The notes: generated by a model not told the origin, from the letters alone. Counted from the first letter of the stretch, positions 1 to 16,299 are shown. The stretch is 64,000 nt of DNA from Eledone cirrhosa (GCA_964016885.1 OZ024746.1:1054001-1118000); one strand, 5' to 3'. Program-made: numbers and translations.

Positions 1-1
1 A

Positions 2-127
2 AATAAGCCAAGTTTAATACCTGAAGAAGTGTTAAAGTCTTCAACAGTGTTAAAAGATTTACTTTTAGCAATGCAGCTAACTCAGCTTTTAGATGTAACA
101 AATTCTTTGCACTTTCCAAGGTACAAA
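2..127 (+). CDS. Possible penultimate exon (partial) of an unidentified host gene
   Basis: Open frame NKPSLIPEEVLKSSTVLKDLLLAMQLTQLLDVTNSLHFPRYK from the window start, ending at a candidate donor AAA|gtattt (128); non-repetitive sequence. No protein recognised. Confidence 0.3.
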
Positions 128-241
128 GTATTTGCTTTTAAAAGTGTTATATTCTGCTTGTTTGATGGAGTGACATTACTGTTGTCTTTATGTGTTCAAG
201 TTGATTAAAGGAAACTGCAATAGGCAGCTATATTTTTGCAG

Positions 242-301
242 ATTCTAAGCAGCAATAAAAAAGAATCCATGATTGAAAACAAAAAGAGTAGCAACTTCTA
301 A
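242..301 (+). CDS. Possible terminal coding exon of the same gene
   Basis: Acceptor tatttttgcag ends at 241; phase-0 frame ILSSNKKESMIENKKSSNF-stop (TAA 299-301) is compatible with the donor at 128. Confidence 0.25.
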   Translation: MLSSNKKESMIENKKSSNF

Positions 302-464
302 GAAAAGAATCGTTTGTTCAATGTGTTGCGAATGTGATTAGAATACATGATAAAATCACTTTGATTGGTCAGTTGTTAGACATCTCATATCAACATTGTA
401 TAAATAATTCTTTCTAAAACTAGAACAAGGCCAGTAATTTGGAGGAAAAGGGAAGTCATTCATT

Positions 465-562
465 ATAAAATAGAATACCAGTAATGCACTGGGGTCAATT
501 TAATCGACTTTCCCCTCCCCACAAAAAATTGATAGCCTTGTGCCTAAATCAGAAACCATTAT
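465..562 (+). mobile_element. SINE 3' fragment (Nin-like family)
   Basis: ataaaa..taccagtaatgcactgggg..gccttgtgcctaaatcagaaac matches the SINE 3' portions at 63680-63780 and 63915-63980. Confidence 0.65.
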
Positions 563-899
563 GTAAAATATTTCGACTATGTCTTTGATTTCATTCAATA
601 GTTGTGGTTGTTTGAAGCACAACACTCAAATGCAACAGAGATTGACTCCATGTTAAATTAATGTAATAACAAATAACATATGTAAAGAATACAAAATAGA
701 TATAATGCTTATTATAAACATATTCTCAGAAGAATGACAGAGTAATATTGTTTGTGTCATTGTTTAAATAACCATTGGAACACCCTACCAAATTAGTTAA
801 CGTAAATGTAAAGGGCCAACTTGTAGCATATTTGTTTTAAAAAACCCAAATTGAGTACTGCACTTTCTCATGGCCAAGGAAAGTTGAGCTAAGAACTGG

Positions 900-902
<3 letters not shown>

Positions 903-980
<78 letters not shown>
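903..980. repeat. (CT)n microsatellite
   Basis: Pure TC dinucleotide run. Confidence 0.98.
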
Positions 981-986
<6 letters not shown>

Positions 987-1468
987 TGGATTAAATTTGG
1001 TCAAGAACTAATTTTTAATCTTTCTGAGGGTGTTGGGGTGTTGAGTCTTCAAACACTCCTTCCAGCAGGTCCTGCAACCTTCCAGCTACATTCTCCAACT
1101 GATCTGGCTGGATCCTTCCAAGCAGGACCATCCAAGCTCATGGATGTTATCCAACCATATTGCTCGGGGTCTACCCCTGGGTCTCCTGCTAGTTTTGTTG
1201 ATAAATTAAATCCCAAATACAGGAATGTATTAAGACAACAATTCCCTCCAGTGAAAGTCATATGAGGTCTGTCAGATGTAATAATATATAATTCTTATTC
1301 TTGTCTTTCTGTAACAATAACTTAATTCATCTGGATTAGAATCTTTGAGACCAGATGTACATCTTTTATAGAAAGATGAGTTAAGAGCAAAGTTACTGAA
1401 GTTCTAGTCAGCTTTGGAAAGATGTATTGTCAACATCATCATCAACATTATCATCATTTTAGATCTCA

Positions 1469-4400
1469 TAGAGGAATATCATCATCATCATACATTGTAG
1501 AGGTATCATCCTCATCATACATTGTAGAGGAATATCATCCTCATCATACATTGTAGAGGAATATCATCCTCATCATACATTGTAGAGGAATATCATCCTC
1601 ATCATACATTGTAGAGGAATATCATCCTCATCATACATTGTAGAGGTATCATCCTCATCATACATTGTAGAGGAATATCATCCTCATCATACATTGTAGA
1701 GGTATATCATCCTCATCATACATTGTAGAGGTATATCATCCTCATCATACATTGTAGAGGAATATCATCCTCATCATACATTGTAGAGGTATATCATCCT
1801 CATCATACATTGTAGAGGAATATCATCCTCATCATACATTGTAGAGGAATATCATCCTCATCATACATTGTAGAGGAATATCATCCTCATCATACATTGT
1901 AGAGGAATATCATCCTCATCATACAGTGTAGAGGAATATCATCCTCATCATACATTGTAGAGGAATATCATCCTCATCATACAGTGTAGAGGTATCATCC
2001 TCATCATACATTGTAGAGGAATATCATCCTCATCATACAGTGTAGAGGTATCATCCTCATCATACATTGTAGAGGAATATCATCCTCATCATACATTGTA
2101 GAGGTATCATCCTCATCATACATTGTAGAGGAATATCATCCTCATCATACATTGTAGAGGTATCATCCTCATCATACATTGTAGAGGAATATCATCCTCA
2201 TCATACATTGTAGAGGAATATCATCCTCATCATACATTGTAGAGGAATATCATCCTCATCATACATTGTAGAGGAATATCATCCTCATCATACATTGTAG
2301 AGGAATATCATCCTCATCATACATTGTAGAGGAATATCATCCTCATCATACAGTGTAGAGGTATCATCCTCATCATACATTGTAGAGGAATATCATCCTC
2401 ATCATACAGTGTAGAGGTATCATCCTCATCATACATTGTAGAGGAATATCATCCTCATCATACATTGTAGAGGTATCATCCTCATCATACATTGTAGAGG
2501 AATATCATCCTCATCATACATTGTAGAGGTATCATCCTCATCATACATTGTAGAGGAATATCATCCTCATCATACATTGTAGAGGAATATCATCCTCATC
2601 ATACATTGTAGAGGAATATCATCCTCATCATACAGTGTAGAGGTATCATCCTCATCATACATTGTAGAGGAATATCATCCTCATCATACATTGTAGAGGT
2701 ATCATCCTCATCATACATTGTAGAGGTATCATCCTCATCATACATTGTAGAGGTATCATCCTCATCATACATTGTAGAGGAATATCATCCTCATCATACA
2801 TTGTAGAGGTATCATCCTCATCATACATTGTAGAGGAATATCATCATCATCATACATTGTAGAGGTATCATCCTCATCATACATTGTAGAGGTATCATCC
2901 TCATCATACATTGTAGAGGAATATCATCATCATCATACATTGTAGAGGTATCATCCTCATCATACATTGTAGAGGTATCATCCTCATCATACATTGTAGA
3001 GGAATATCATCCTCATCATACATTGTAGAGGTATCATCCTCATCATACATTGTAGAGGAATATCATCCTCATCATACATTGTAGAGGTATATCATCCTCA
3101 TCATACAGTGTAGAGGAATATCATCCTCATCATACATTGTAGAGGAATATCATCCTCATACATTGTAGAGGAATATCATCCTCATCATACATTGTAGAGG
3201 TATCATCCTCATCATACATTGTAGAGGAATATCATCCTCATCATACATTGTAGAGGTATATCATCCTCATCATACAGTGTAGAGGAATATCATCCTCATC
3301 ATACATTGTAGAGGAATATCATCCTCATCATACATTGTAGAGGAATATCATCCTCATCATACATTGTAGAGGAATATCATCCTCATACATTGTAGAGGAA
3401 TATCATCCTCATCATACATTGTAGAGGTATATCATCCTCATCATACATTGTAGAGGTATCATCCTCATCATACATTGTAGAGGTATCATCCTCATCATAC
3501 ATTGTAGAGGAATATCATCCTCATCATACATTGTAGAGGAATATCATCCTCATCATACATTGTAGAGGAATATCATCCTCATCATACATTGTAGAGGAAT
3601 ATCATCCTCATCATACATTGTAGAGGTATCATCCTCATCATACATTGTAGAGGTATCATCCTCATCATACATTGTAGAGGAATATCATCCTCATCATACA
3701 TTGTAGAGGAATATCATCCTCATCATACATTGTAGAGGAATATCATCATCATCATACATTGTAGAGGAATATCATCCTCATCATACATTGTAGAGGAATA
3801 TCATCCTCATCATACATTGTAGAGGAATATCATCCTCATCATACATTGTAGAGGAATATCATCCTCATCATACATTGTAGAGGAATATCATCCTCATCAT
3901 ACATTGTAGAGGAATATCATCCTCATCATACAGTGTAGAGGAATATCATCCTCATCATACATTGTAGAGGAATATCATCCTCATCATACATTGTAGAGGA
4001 ATATCATCCTCATCATACATTGTAGAGGAATATCATCCTCATCATACATTGTAGAGGAATATCATCCTCATCATACATTGTAGAGGAATATCATCCTCAT
4101 CATACATTGTAGAGGAATATCATCATCATCATACATTGTAGAGGTATCATCCTCATCATACATTGTAGAGGAATATCATCCTCATCATACATTGTAGAGG
4201 AATATCATCATCATCATACATTGTAGAGGTATCATCCTCATCATACATTGTAGAGGTATCATCCTCATCATACATTGTAGAGGAATATCATCCTCATCAT
4301 ACATTGTAGAGGTATCATCCTCATCATACATTGTAGAGGAATATCATCCTCATCATACATTGTAGAGGTATATCATCCTCATCATACATTGTAGAGGAAT

Positions 4401-7400
4401 ATCATCCTCATCATACATTGTAGAGGAATATCATCCTCATCATACATTGTAGAGGAATATCATCATCATCATACATTGTAGAGGTATCATCCTCATCATA
4501 CATTGTAGAGGAATATCATCCTCATCATACATTGTAGAGGAATATCATCATCATCATACATTGTAGAGGTATCATCCTCATCATACATTGTAGAGGAATA
4601 TCATCCTCATCATACATTGTAGAGGAATATCATCCTCATCATACAGTGTAGAGGTATCATCCTCATCATACATTGTAGAGGAATATCATCATCATCATAC
4701 ATTGTAGAGGAATATCATCCTCATCATACATTGTAGAGGAATATCATCCTCATCATACATTGTAGAGGTATCATCCTCATCATACATTGTAGAGGTATCA
4801 TCCTCATCATACATTGTAGAGGAATATCATCCTCATCATACATTGTAGAGGAATATCATCCTCATCATACATTGTAGAGGTATCATCCTCATCATACATT
4901 GTAGAGGAATATCATCCTCATCATACATTGTAGAGGAATATCATCCTCATACAATGTAGAGGAATATCATCCTCATCATACATTGTAGAGGAATATCATC
5001 CTCATCATACATTGTAGAGGAATATCATCCTCATCATACATTGTAGAGGAATATCATCCTCATACAATGTAGAGGAATATCATCCTCATCATACATTGTA
5101 GAGGTATCATCCTCATCATACATTGTAGAGGTATCATCCTCATCATACATTGTAGAGGAATATCATCCTCATCATACATTGTAGAGGAATATCATCCTCA
5201 TCATACATTGTAGAGGAATATCATCCTCATCATACATTGTAGAGGTATCATCCTCATCATACATTGTAGAGGAATATCATCCTCATCATACATTGTAGAG
5301 GAATATCATCCTCATCATACATTGTAGAGGTATCATCCTCATCATACATTGTAGAGGTATCATCCTCATCATACATTGTAGAGGAATATCATCCTCATCA
5401 TACATTGTAGAGGAATATCATCCTCATCATACATTGTAGAGGAATATCATCCTCATCATACAGTGTAGAGGAATATCATCCTCATCATACATTGTAGAGG
5501 TATATCATCCTCATCATACATTGTAGAGGAATATCATCCTCATCATACATTGTAGAGGTATCATCCTCATCATACATTGTAGAGGAATATCATCCTCATC
5601 ATACATTGTAGAGGTATCATCCTCATCATACATTGTAGAGGAATATCATCCTCATCATACATTGTAGAGGAATATCATCCTCATCATACATTGTAGAGGA
5701 ATATCATCCTCATACATTGTAGAGGAATATCATCATCATACATTGTAGAGGAATATCATCCTCATCATACATTGTAGAGGTATCATCCTCATCATACATT
5801 GTAGAGGAATATCATCCTCATCATACATTGTAGAGGAATATCATCATCATACATTGTAGAGGTATATCATCCTCATACAGTGTAGAGGAATATCATCATC
5901 ATCATACATTGTAGAGGTATCATCCTCATCATACAGTGTAGAGGAATATCATCCTCATCATACATTGTAGAGGTATATCATCCTCATACAGTGTAGAGGA
6001 ATATCATCCTCATACAGTGTAGAGGAATATCATCCTCATCATACATTGTAGAGGAATATCATCCTCATCATACATTGTAGAGGAATATCATCCTCATCAT
6101 ACATTGTAGAGGAATATCATCCTCATCATACATTGTAGAGGAATATCATCCTCATACAGTGTAGAGGAATATCATCCTCATCATACATTGTAGAGGAATA
6201 TCATCCTCATCATACATTGTAGAGGAATATCATCCTCATACAGTGTAGAGGTATATCATCCTCATCATACAGTGTAGAGGTATATCATCCTCATCATACA
6301 TTGTAGAGGAATATCATCCTCATCATACATTGTAGAGGTATATCATCCTCATACAGTGTAGAGGAATATCATCCTCATACAGTGTAGAGGAATATCATCC
6401 TCATCATACATTGTAGAGGAATATCATCCTCATCATACATTGTAGAGGAATATCATCCTCATCATACATTGTAGAGGAATATCATCCTCATCATACATTG
6501 TAGAGGAATATCATCCTCATACAGTGTAGAGGAATATCATCCTCATCATACATTGTAGAGGAATATCATCCTCATCATACATTGTAGAGGAATATCATCC
6601 TCATACAGTGTAGAGGTATATCATCCTCATCATACAGTGTAGAGGTATATCATCCTCATCATACATTGTAGAGGAATATCATCCTCATCATACATTGTAG
6701 AGGAATATCATCCTCATCATACATTGTAGAGGTATCATCATCATCATACATTGTAGAGGTATCATCATCATCATACATTGTAGAGGAATATCATCCTCAT
6801 CATACAGTGTAGAGGTATATCATCCTCATCATACAGTGTAGAGGAATATCATCCTCATCATACATTGTAGAGGTATCATCCTCATCATACATTGTAGAGG
6901 AATATCATCCTCATCATACATTGTAGAGGAATATCATCCTCATCATACATTGTAGAGGAATATCATCCTCATCATACAGTGTAGAGGAATATCATCCTCA
7001 TCATACATTGTAGAGGTATCATCATCATCATACATTGTAGAGGTATCATCATCATCATACATTGTAGAGGAATATCATCCTCATCATACAGTGTAGAGGA
7101 ATATCATCCTCATCATACATTGTAGAGGTATCATCCTCATCATACATTGTAGAGGAATATCATCCTCATCATACATTGTAGAGGAATATCATCCTCATCA
7201 TACATTGTAGAGGTATCATCATCCTCATACATTGTAGAGGAATATCATCCTCATACATTGTAGAGGAATATCATCCTCATCATACATTGTAGAGGAATAT
7301 CATCCTCATCATACATTGTAGAGGTATCATCATCATACATTGTAGAGGAATATCATCCTCATCATACATTGTAGAGGAATATCATCCTCATCATACATTG

Positions 7401-10400
7401 TAGAGGTATATCATCATCATCATACATTGTAGAGGTATATCATCCTCATCATACATTGTAGAGGAATATCATCCTCATCATACATTGTAGAGGAATATCA
7501 TCATCATCATACAGTGTAGAGGAATATCATCATCATCATACATTGTAGAGGAATATCATCCTCATCATACATTGTAGAGGTATCATCCTTATCATACATT
7601 GTAGAGGAATATCATCCTCATCATACATTGTAGAGGTATCATCCTCATCATACAGTGTAGAGGAATATCATCCTCATCATACATTGTAGAGGAATATCAT
7701 CCTCATCATACATTGTAGAGGAATATCATCATCATCATACATTGTAGAGGAATATCATCCTCATCATACATTGTAGAGGTATCATCCTCATCATACATTG
7801 TAGAGGAATATCATCCTCATCATACATTGTAGAGGAATATCATCCTCATCATACAGTGTAGAGGAATATCATCCTCATCATACATTGTAGAGGTATCATC
7901 ATCATCATCATACATTGTAGAGGTATCATCCTCATCATACATTGTAGAGGTATCATCCTCATCATACATTGTAGAGGAATATCATCCTTATCATACATTG
8001 TAGAGGAATATCATCCTTATCATACATTATAGAGGTATCATCCTCATCATACATTGTAGAGGAATATCATCCTTATCATACATTGTAGAGGAATATCATC
8101 CTCATCATACATTGTAGAGGTATCATCCTCATCATACATTGTAGAGGAATATCATCCTTATCATACATTGTAGAGGATATCATCCTCATCATACATTGTA
8201 GAGGAATATCATCCTTATCATACATTGTAGAGGAATATCATCCTCATCATACATTGTAGAGGAATATCATCCTCATCATACATTGTAGAGGAATATCATC
8301 CTTATCATACAGTGTAGAGGAATATCATCCTCTCATACATTGTAGAGGAATATCATCCTATCATACATTGTAGAGGATCATCCTCATCATACATTGTAGA
8401 GGAATATCATCCTCGAATCATACATTGTAGAGGAATATCATCCTTATCATACATTGTAGAGGAATATCATCCTCATCATACATTGTAGAGGATATCATCC
8501 TCATCATACATTGTAGAGGAATATCATCCTCATCATACATTGTAGAGGAATATCATCCTTCATCATACATTGTAGAGGATATCATCCTCATCATACCAGT
8601 GTAGAGGATATCATCCTCATCATACATTGTAGAGGAATATCATCCTCATCATACATTGTAGAGGTATCATCCTAATACATGAGAGGAATATCATCCTCAT
8701 CATACATTGTAGAGGAATATCATCCTCATCATACATTGTAGAGGTATCATCCTCATCATACATTGTAGAGGAATATCATCCTCTCATACATTGTAGAGGA
8801 ATATCATCCTCATCATACATTGTAGAGGAATATCATCCTCATCATACATTGTAGAGAATATCATCTCATACATTGTAGAGGAATATCATCCTCATCATAC
8901 ATTGTAGAGGAATATCATCCTCATCATACATTGTAGAGGTATCATCCTCATCATACATTGTAGAGGAATATCATCCTCATCATACATTGTAGAGGAATAT
9001 CATCCTCATCATACATGTGTAGAGGAATATCATCCTCATCATACATTGTAGAGGAATATCATCCTCATCATACATTGTAGAGGAATATCATCCTCATCAT
9101 ACATTGTAGAGGAATATCATCCTCATCATACATTGTAGAGGATATCATCCTCATCATACATTGTAGAGGAATATCATCCTCATCATACATTGTAGAGGTA
9201 TCATCCTCATCATACAATGTAGAGGAATATCATCCTCATCATACATTGTAGAGGAATATCATCCTCATCATACATTGTAGAGGATATCATCCTCATCATA
9301 CATTGTAGAGGAATATCATCCTCATCATACATTGTAGAGGAATATCATCCTCATCATACATTGTAGAGGAATATCATCCTCATCATACATTGTAGAGGAT
9401 ATCATCCTCATCATACATTGTAGAGGAATATCATCCTCATCATACATTGTAGAGGTATCATCCTCATCATACATTGTAGAGGAATCATCCTCATCATACA
9501 TTGTAGAGGAATATCATCCTCATCATACATTGTAGAGGAATATCATCCTCATCATACAGTGTAGAGGAATATCATCCTCATCATACATTGTAGAGGAATA
9601 TCATCCTCATCATACATTGTAGAGGAATATCATCCTCATCATACAATTGTAGAGGAATATCATCCTCATCATACATTGTAGAGGAATATCATCCTCATTC
9701 ATACATTGTAGAGGAATATCATCCTCATCATACATTGTAGAGGAATATCATCATCATCATACAGTGTAGAGGAATATCATCCTCATCATACAATGTAGAG
9801 GAATATCATCCTCATCATACATTGTAGAGGAATATCATCCTCATCATACATTGTAGAGGAATATCATCCTCATCATACATTGTAGAGGAATATCATCCTC
9901 ATCATACATTGTAGAGAATATCATCCTCATCATACATTGTAGAGGAATATCATCATCATCATACAGTGTAGAGGAATATCATCCTCATCATACATTGTAG
10001 AGGAATATCATCCTCATCATACAATGTAGAGGAATATCATCCTCATCATACATTGTAGAGGAATATCATCCTCATCATACATTGTAGAGGAATATCATCC
10101 TCATACATTGTAGAGGAATATCATCCTCATCATACATTGTAGAGGAATATCATCCTCATCATACATTGTAGAGGAATATCATCCTCATCATACATTGTAG
10201 AGGTATCATCCTCATCATACATTGTAGAGGAATATCATCCTCATCATACATTGTAGAGGTATCATCCTCATCATACATTGTAGAGGAATATCATCCTCAT
10301 CATACATTGTAGAGGATATCATCCTCATCATACATTGTAGAGGTATCATCCTCATCATACATTGTAGAGGAATATCATCATCATCATACAGTGTAGAGGA

Positions 10401-13400
10401 ATATCATCCTCATCATACATTGTAGAGGAATATCATCCTCATCATACATTGTAGAGGAATATCATCCTCATCATACATTGTAGAGGTATCATCCTCATCA
10501 TACATTGTAGAGGAATATCATCCTCATCATACATTGTAGAGGTATCATCCTCATCATACATTGTAGAGGAATATCATCCTCATCATACATTGTAGAGGTA
10601 TCATCCTCATCATACATTGTAGAGGTATCATCCTCATCATACATTGTAGAGGAATATCATCCTCATCATACAGTGTAGAGGATATCATCCTCATCATACA
10701 ATGTAGAGGAATATCATCCTCATCATACATTGTAGAGGAATATCATCCTCATCATACATTGTAGAGGTATCATCCTCATCATACATTGTAGAGGAATATC
10801 ATCCTCATCATACAGTGTAGAGGAATATCATCCTCATCATACATTGTAGAGGAATATCATCCTCATCATACATTGTAGAGGAATATCATCCTCATCATAC
10901 ATTGTAGAGGAATATCATCCTCATCATACATTGTAGAGGATATCATCCTCATACATTGTAGAGGAATATCATCCTCATCATACATTGTAGAGGTATCATC
11001 CTCATCATACATTGTAGAGGAATATCATCCTCATCATACATTGTAGAGGTATCATCCTCATCATACATTGTAGAGGTATCATCCTCATCATACATTGTAG
11101 AGGTATCATCCTCATCATACATTGTAGAGGATATCATCCTCATCATACATTGTAGAGGAATATCATCCTCATCATACATTGTAGAGGAATATCATCCTCA
11201 TCATACATTGTAGAGGAATATCATCCTCATCATACATTGTAGAGGTATCATCCTCATCATACATTGTAGAGGAATATCATCCTCATCATACATTGTAGAG
11301 GTATCATCCTCATCATACATTGTAGAGGGAATATCATCCTCATCATACATTGTAGAGGAATATCATCCTCATCATACATTGTAGAGGAATATCATCCTCA
11401 TCATACATTGTAGAGGAATATCATCCTCATCATACATTGTAGAGGAATATCATCCTCATCATACATTGTAGAGGAATATCATCCTCATCATACATTGTAG
11501 AGGAATATCATCCTCATCATACATTGTAGAGGAATATCATCCTCATCATACATTGTAGAGGAATATCATCCTCATACATTGTAGAGGAATATCATCCTCA
11601 TCATACATTGTAGAGGAATATCATCCTCATCATACATTGTAGAGGAATATCATCCTCATCATACAGTGTAGAGGAATATCATCCTCATCATACATTGTAG
11701 AGGAATATCATCCTCATCATACAGTGTAGAGGAATATCATCTCATCATACATTGTACGAGGAATATCATCCTCATCATACATTGTAGAGGAATATCATCC
11801 TCATCATACATTGTAGAGGTATCATCCTCATCATACATTGTAGAGGAATATCTCCTCATCATACAGTGTAGAGGAATATCATCTCCTCATACATTGTAGA
11901 GGAATATCATCCTCATACAATGTAGAGGAATATCATCCTCATCATACATTGTAGAGGAATATCATCCTCATCATACATTGTAGAGGAATATCATCCTCAT
12001 CATACATTGTAGAGGTATATCATCCTCATCATACATTGTAGAGGAATATCATCCTCATCATACAATGTAGAGGAATATCATCCTCATCATACATTGTAGA
12101 GGAATATCATCCTCATCATACATTGTAGAGGAATATCATCCTCATCATACATTGTAGAGGAATCATCATCATCATACAATGTAGAGGATATCATCCTCAT
12201 CATACATTGTAGAGGAATATCATCCTCATCATACATTGTAGAGGAATATCATCCTCATCATACATTGTAGAGGAATATCATCCTCATACAATGTAGAGGA
12301 ATATCATCCTCATCATACATTGTAGAGGAATATCATCCTCATCATACATTGTAGAGGAATATCATCCTTCATACATTGTAGAGGTATCATCACTCTTCAT
12401 ACAATGTAGAGGAATATCATCCTCATCATACATTGTAGAGGATATCATCCTCATCATACATTGTAGAGGAATATCATCCTCATCATACATTGTAGAGGTA
12501 TCATCCTCATCATACATTGTAGAGGAATATCATCCTCATCATACATTGTAGAGGAATATCATCCTCATCATACATTGTAGAGGAATATCATCCTCATCAT
12601 ACATTGTAGAGGAATATCATCCTCATCATACATTGTAGAGGAATATCATCCTCATCATACATTGTAGAGGTATCATCCTCATCATACATTGTAGAGGAAT
12701 ATCATCCTCATCATACATTGTAGAGGAATATCATCCTCATCATACATTGTAGAGGAATATCATCCTCATCATACATTGTAGAGGTATATCATCCTCATCA
12801 TACATTGTAGAGGAATATCATCCTCATCATACATTGTAGAGGATATCATCCTCATCATACATTTGTAGAGGAATATCATCCTCATCATACATTGTAGAGG
12901 AATATCATCCTCATCATACATTGTAGAGGAATATCATCCTCATCATACATTGTAGAGGATATCATCCTCATCATACATTGTAGAGGAATATCATCCTCAT
13001 CATACATTGTAGAGGAATATCATCCTCATCATACATTGTAGAGGAATATCATCCTCATCATACATTGTAGAGGAATATCATCCTCATCATACATTGTAGA
13101 GGATATCATCCTCATCATACATTGTAGAGGAATATCATCCTCATCATACATTGTAGAGGAATATCATCCTCATCATACATTGTAGAGGAATATCATCCTC
13201 ATCATACATTGTAGAGGAATATCATCCTCATCATACATTGTAGAGGAATATCATCCTCATCATACATTGTAGAGGAATATCATCCTCATCATACATTGTA
13301 GAGGAATATCATCCTCATCATACATTGTAGAGGAATATCATCCTCATCATACATTGTAGAGGAATATCATCCTCATCATACATTGTAGAGGAATATCATC

Positions 13401-16099
13401 CTCATCATACATTGTAGAGGAATATCATCCTCATCATACATTGTAGAGGAATATCATCCTCATCATACATTGTAGAGGAATATCATCCTCATCATACATT
13501 GTAGAGGAATATCATCCTCATCATACATTGTAGAGGAATACTCATCCTCATCATACATTGTAGAGATATCATCCTCATCATACATTGTAGAGGAATATCA
13601 TCCTCATCATACATTGTAGAGGAATATCATCCTCATCATACATTGTAGAGGAATATCATCCTCATCATACATTGTAGAGGAATATCATCCTCATCATACA
13701 TTGTAGAGGAATATCATCCTCATCATACATTGTAGAGGAATATCATCCTCATCATACATTGTAGAGGAATATCATCCTCATCATACATTGTAGAGGAATA
13801 TCATCCTCAATCATACATTGTAGAGGAATATCATCATCCTCATCATACATTGTAGAGGAATATCATCATCCTCATCATACATTGTAGAGGAATATCATCC
13901 TCATCATACATTGTAGAGGAATATCATCCTCATCATACATTGTAGAGGAATATCATCCTCATCATACATTGTAGAGGAATATCATCCTCATCATACATTG
14001 TAGAGGTATATCATCATCCTCATCATACATTGTAGAGGAATATCATCCTCATCATACATTGTAGAGGAATATCATCATCCTCATCATACATTGTAGAGGA
14101 ATATCATACTCATCATACATTGTAGAGGTATATCATCCTCATCATACATTGTAGAGGAATATCATCATCCTCATCATACATTGTAGAGGAATATCATCCT
14201 CATCATACATTGTAGAGGAATATCATCCTCATCATACATTGTAGAGGAATATCATCCTCATCATACATTGTAGAGGAATATCATCCTCATCATACATTGT
14301 AGAGGAATATCATCATCCTCATCATACATTGTAGAGGAATATCAATCCTCATCATACATTGTAGAGGAATATCATCCTCATCATACATTGTTAGAGGGAA
14401 TATCATCATCCTCATCATACATTGTAGAGGAATATCATCCTCATCATACATTGTAGAGGATATCATCCTCATCATACATTGTAGAGGAATATCATCCTCA
14501 TCATACATTGTAGAGGAATATCATCCTCATCATACATTGTAGAGGAATATCATCCTCATCATACAGTGTAGAGGAATATCATCCTCATCATACATTGTAG
14601 AGGTATATCATCCTCATCATACATTGTAGAGGATATATCATCCTCATCATACATTGTAGAGGAATTATCATCCTCATCATACATTGTAGAGGAATATCAT
14701 CCTCATCATACATTGTAGAGGAATATCATCATCCTCATCATACATTGTAGAGGAATATCATCCTCATCATACATTGTAGAGGAATATCATCCTCATCATA
14801 CATTGTAGAGGAATATCATCCTCATCATACATTGTAGAGGAATATCATCCTCATCATACATTGTAGAGGAATATCATCCTCATCATACATTGTAGAGGAA
14901 TATCATCATCCTCATCATACATTGTAGAGGAATATCATCCTCATCATACATTGTAGAGGAATATCATCCTCATCATACATTGTAGAGGATATCATCCTCA
15001 TCAATACATTGTAGAGGTATATCATCCTCATCATACATTGTAGAGGAATATCATCCTCATCATACATTGTAGAGGAATATCATCCTCATCATACATTGTA
15101 GAGGAATATCATCCTCATCATACATTGTAGAGGAATATCATCTCATCATACATTGTAGAGGAATATCATCCTCATCATACATTGTAGAGGAATATCATCA
15201 TCCTCATCATACATTGTAGAGGAATATCATCCTCATCATACATTGTAGAGGAATATCATCCTCATCATACATTGTAGAGGTATATCATCCTCATCATACA
15301 TTGTAGAGGAATATCATCCTCATCATACAGTGTAGAGGAATATCATCCTCATCATACATTGTAGAGGTATATCATCCTCATCATACATTGTAGAGGAATA
15401 TCAATCCTCATCATACATTGTAGAGGAATATCATCCTCATCATACATTGTAGAGGAATATCATCCTCATCATACATTGTAGAGGAATATCATCTCATCAT
15501 ACATTGTAGAGGAATATCATCCTCATCATACATTGTAGAGGAATATCATCATCCTACATCATACATTGTAGAGGAATATCATCCTCATCATACATTGTAG
15601 AGGAATATCATCCTCATATACAATGTAGGTATATCAATCCTCCATCATACATTGTAGAGGAATATCATCCTCATCATACAGCTGTAGAGGAATATCAACT
15701 CTCATCATACATTGTAGAGGTATATCATCCTCCCATCATACATTGTAGAGGTATATCATCCTCATCATACATTGCTAGAGGAATATCATCCTCATTCATA
15801 CATATGTAGAGCGTATACTCATCCCTCCATCATACATTGTAGAGGAATATCACTCCTCATCATACACTTGTAGAGGTATATCATCCTCATCATACCATTG
15901 TACGAGGAATATCATCCTCATCATACATTGTAGAGGTATATCATCCTCATCATACAGTGTAGAGGAATATCATCCTCATCATACATTGTAGAGGAATATC
16001 ATCCTCATCATACATTGTAGAGGAATATCATCATCCTCATCATACATTGTAGAGGAATATCATCCCTCTCATACATTGTAGAGGAATATCATCCTCATC
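1469..16099. repeat. Tandem minisatellite/satellite array, monomer CATTGTAGAGGAATATCATCCTCATCATA (29 bp) with 27-, 26- and 32-bp variants, roughly 500 copies
   Basis: Directly visible head-to-tail repeat; variants GAGGTATC (27 bp), CCTCATAC (26 bp), CAGTGTAG and an extra CAT. Runs into the assembly gap. Confidence 0.99.
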
Positions 16100-16299
16100 N
16101 NNNNNNNNNNNNNNNNNNNNNNNNNNNNNNNNNNNNNNNNNNNNNNNNNNNNNNNNNNNNNNNNNNNNNNNNNNNNNNNNNNNNNNNNNNNNNNNNNNNN
16201 NNNNNNNNNNNNNNNNNNNNNNNNNNNNNNNNNNNNNNNNNNNNNNNNNNNNNNNNNNNNNNNNNNNNNNNNNNNNNNNNNNNNNNNNNNNNNNNNNNN
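16100..16299. other. Assembly gap (200 N)
   Basis: Run of N. Confidence 1.

Noticed and set aside
1038-1265. Overlapping 75- and 70-aa ORFs on both strands
   Set aside because: Short, no recognisable domain or clear splice signals.
10949-14508. MYDEDD repeat ORFs
   Set aside because: Chance open frames through satellite indel variants.
1469-16099. CRISPR-like appearance (29-bp partially palindromic repeat)
   Set aside because: The repeats are head-to-tail without unique spacers, there are no cas genes, and the context is eukaryotic.
1469-16099. Minus-strand monomer TGATGA-GGA-tgatat-TCC resembles a hammerhead 5' half
   Set aside because: No C3, no GAAA and no stem III; explained by a (CAT)n origin.
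15540-16099. Rising monomer divergence toward the gap (also ~8150-8900)
   Set aside because: Single-base indels are typical of low-coverage long-read error rather than biology.
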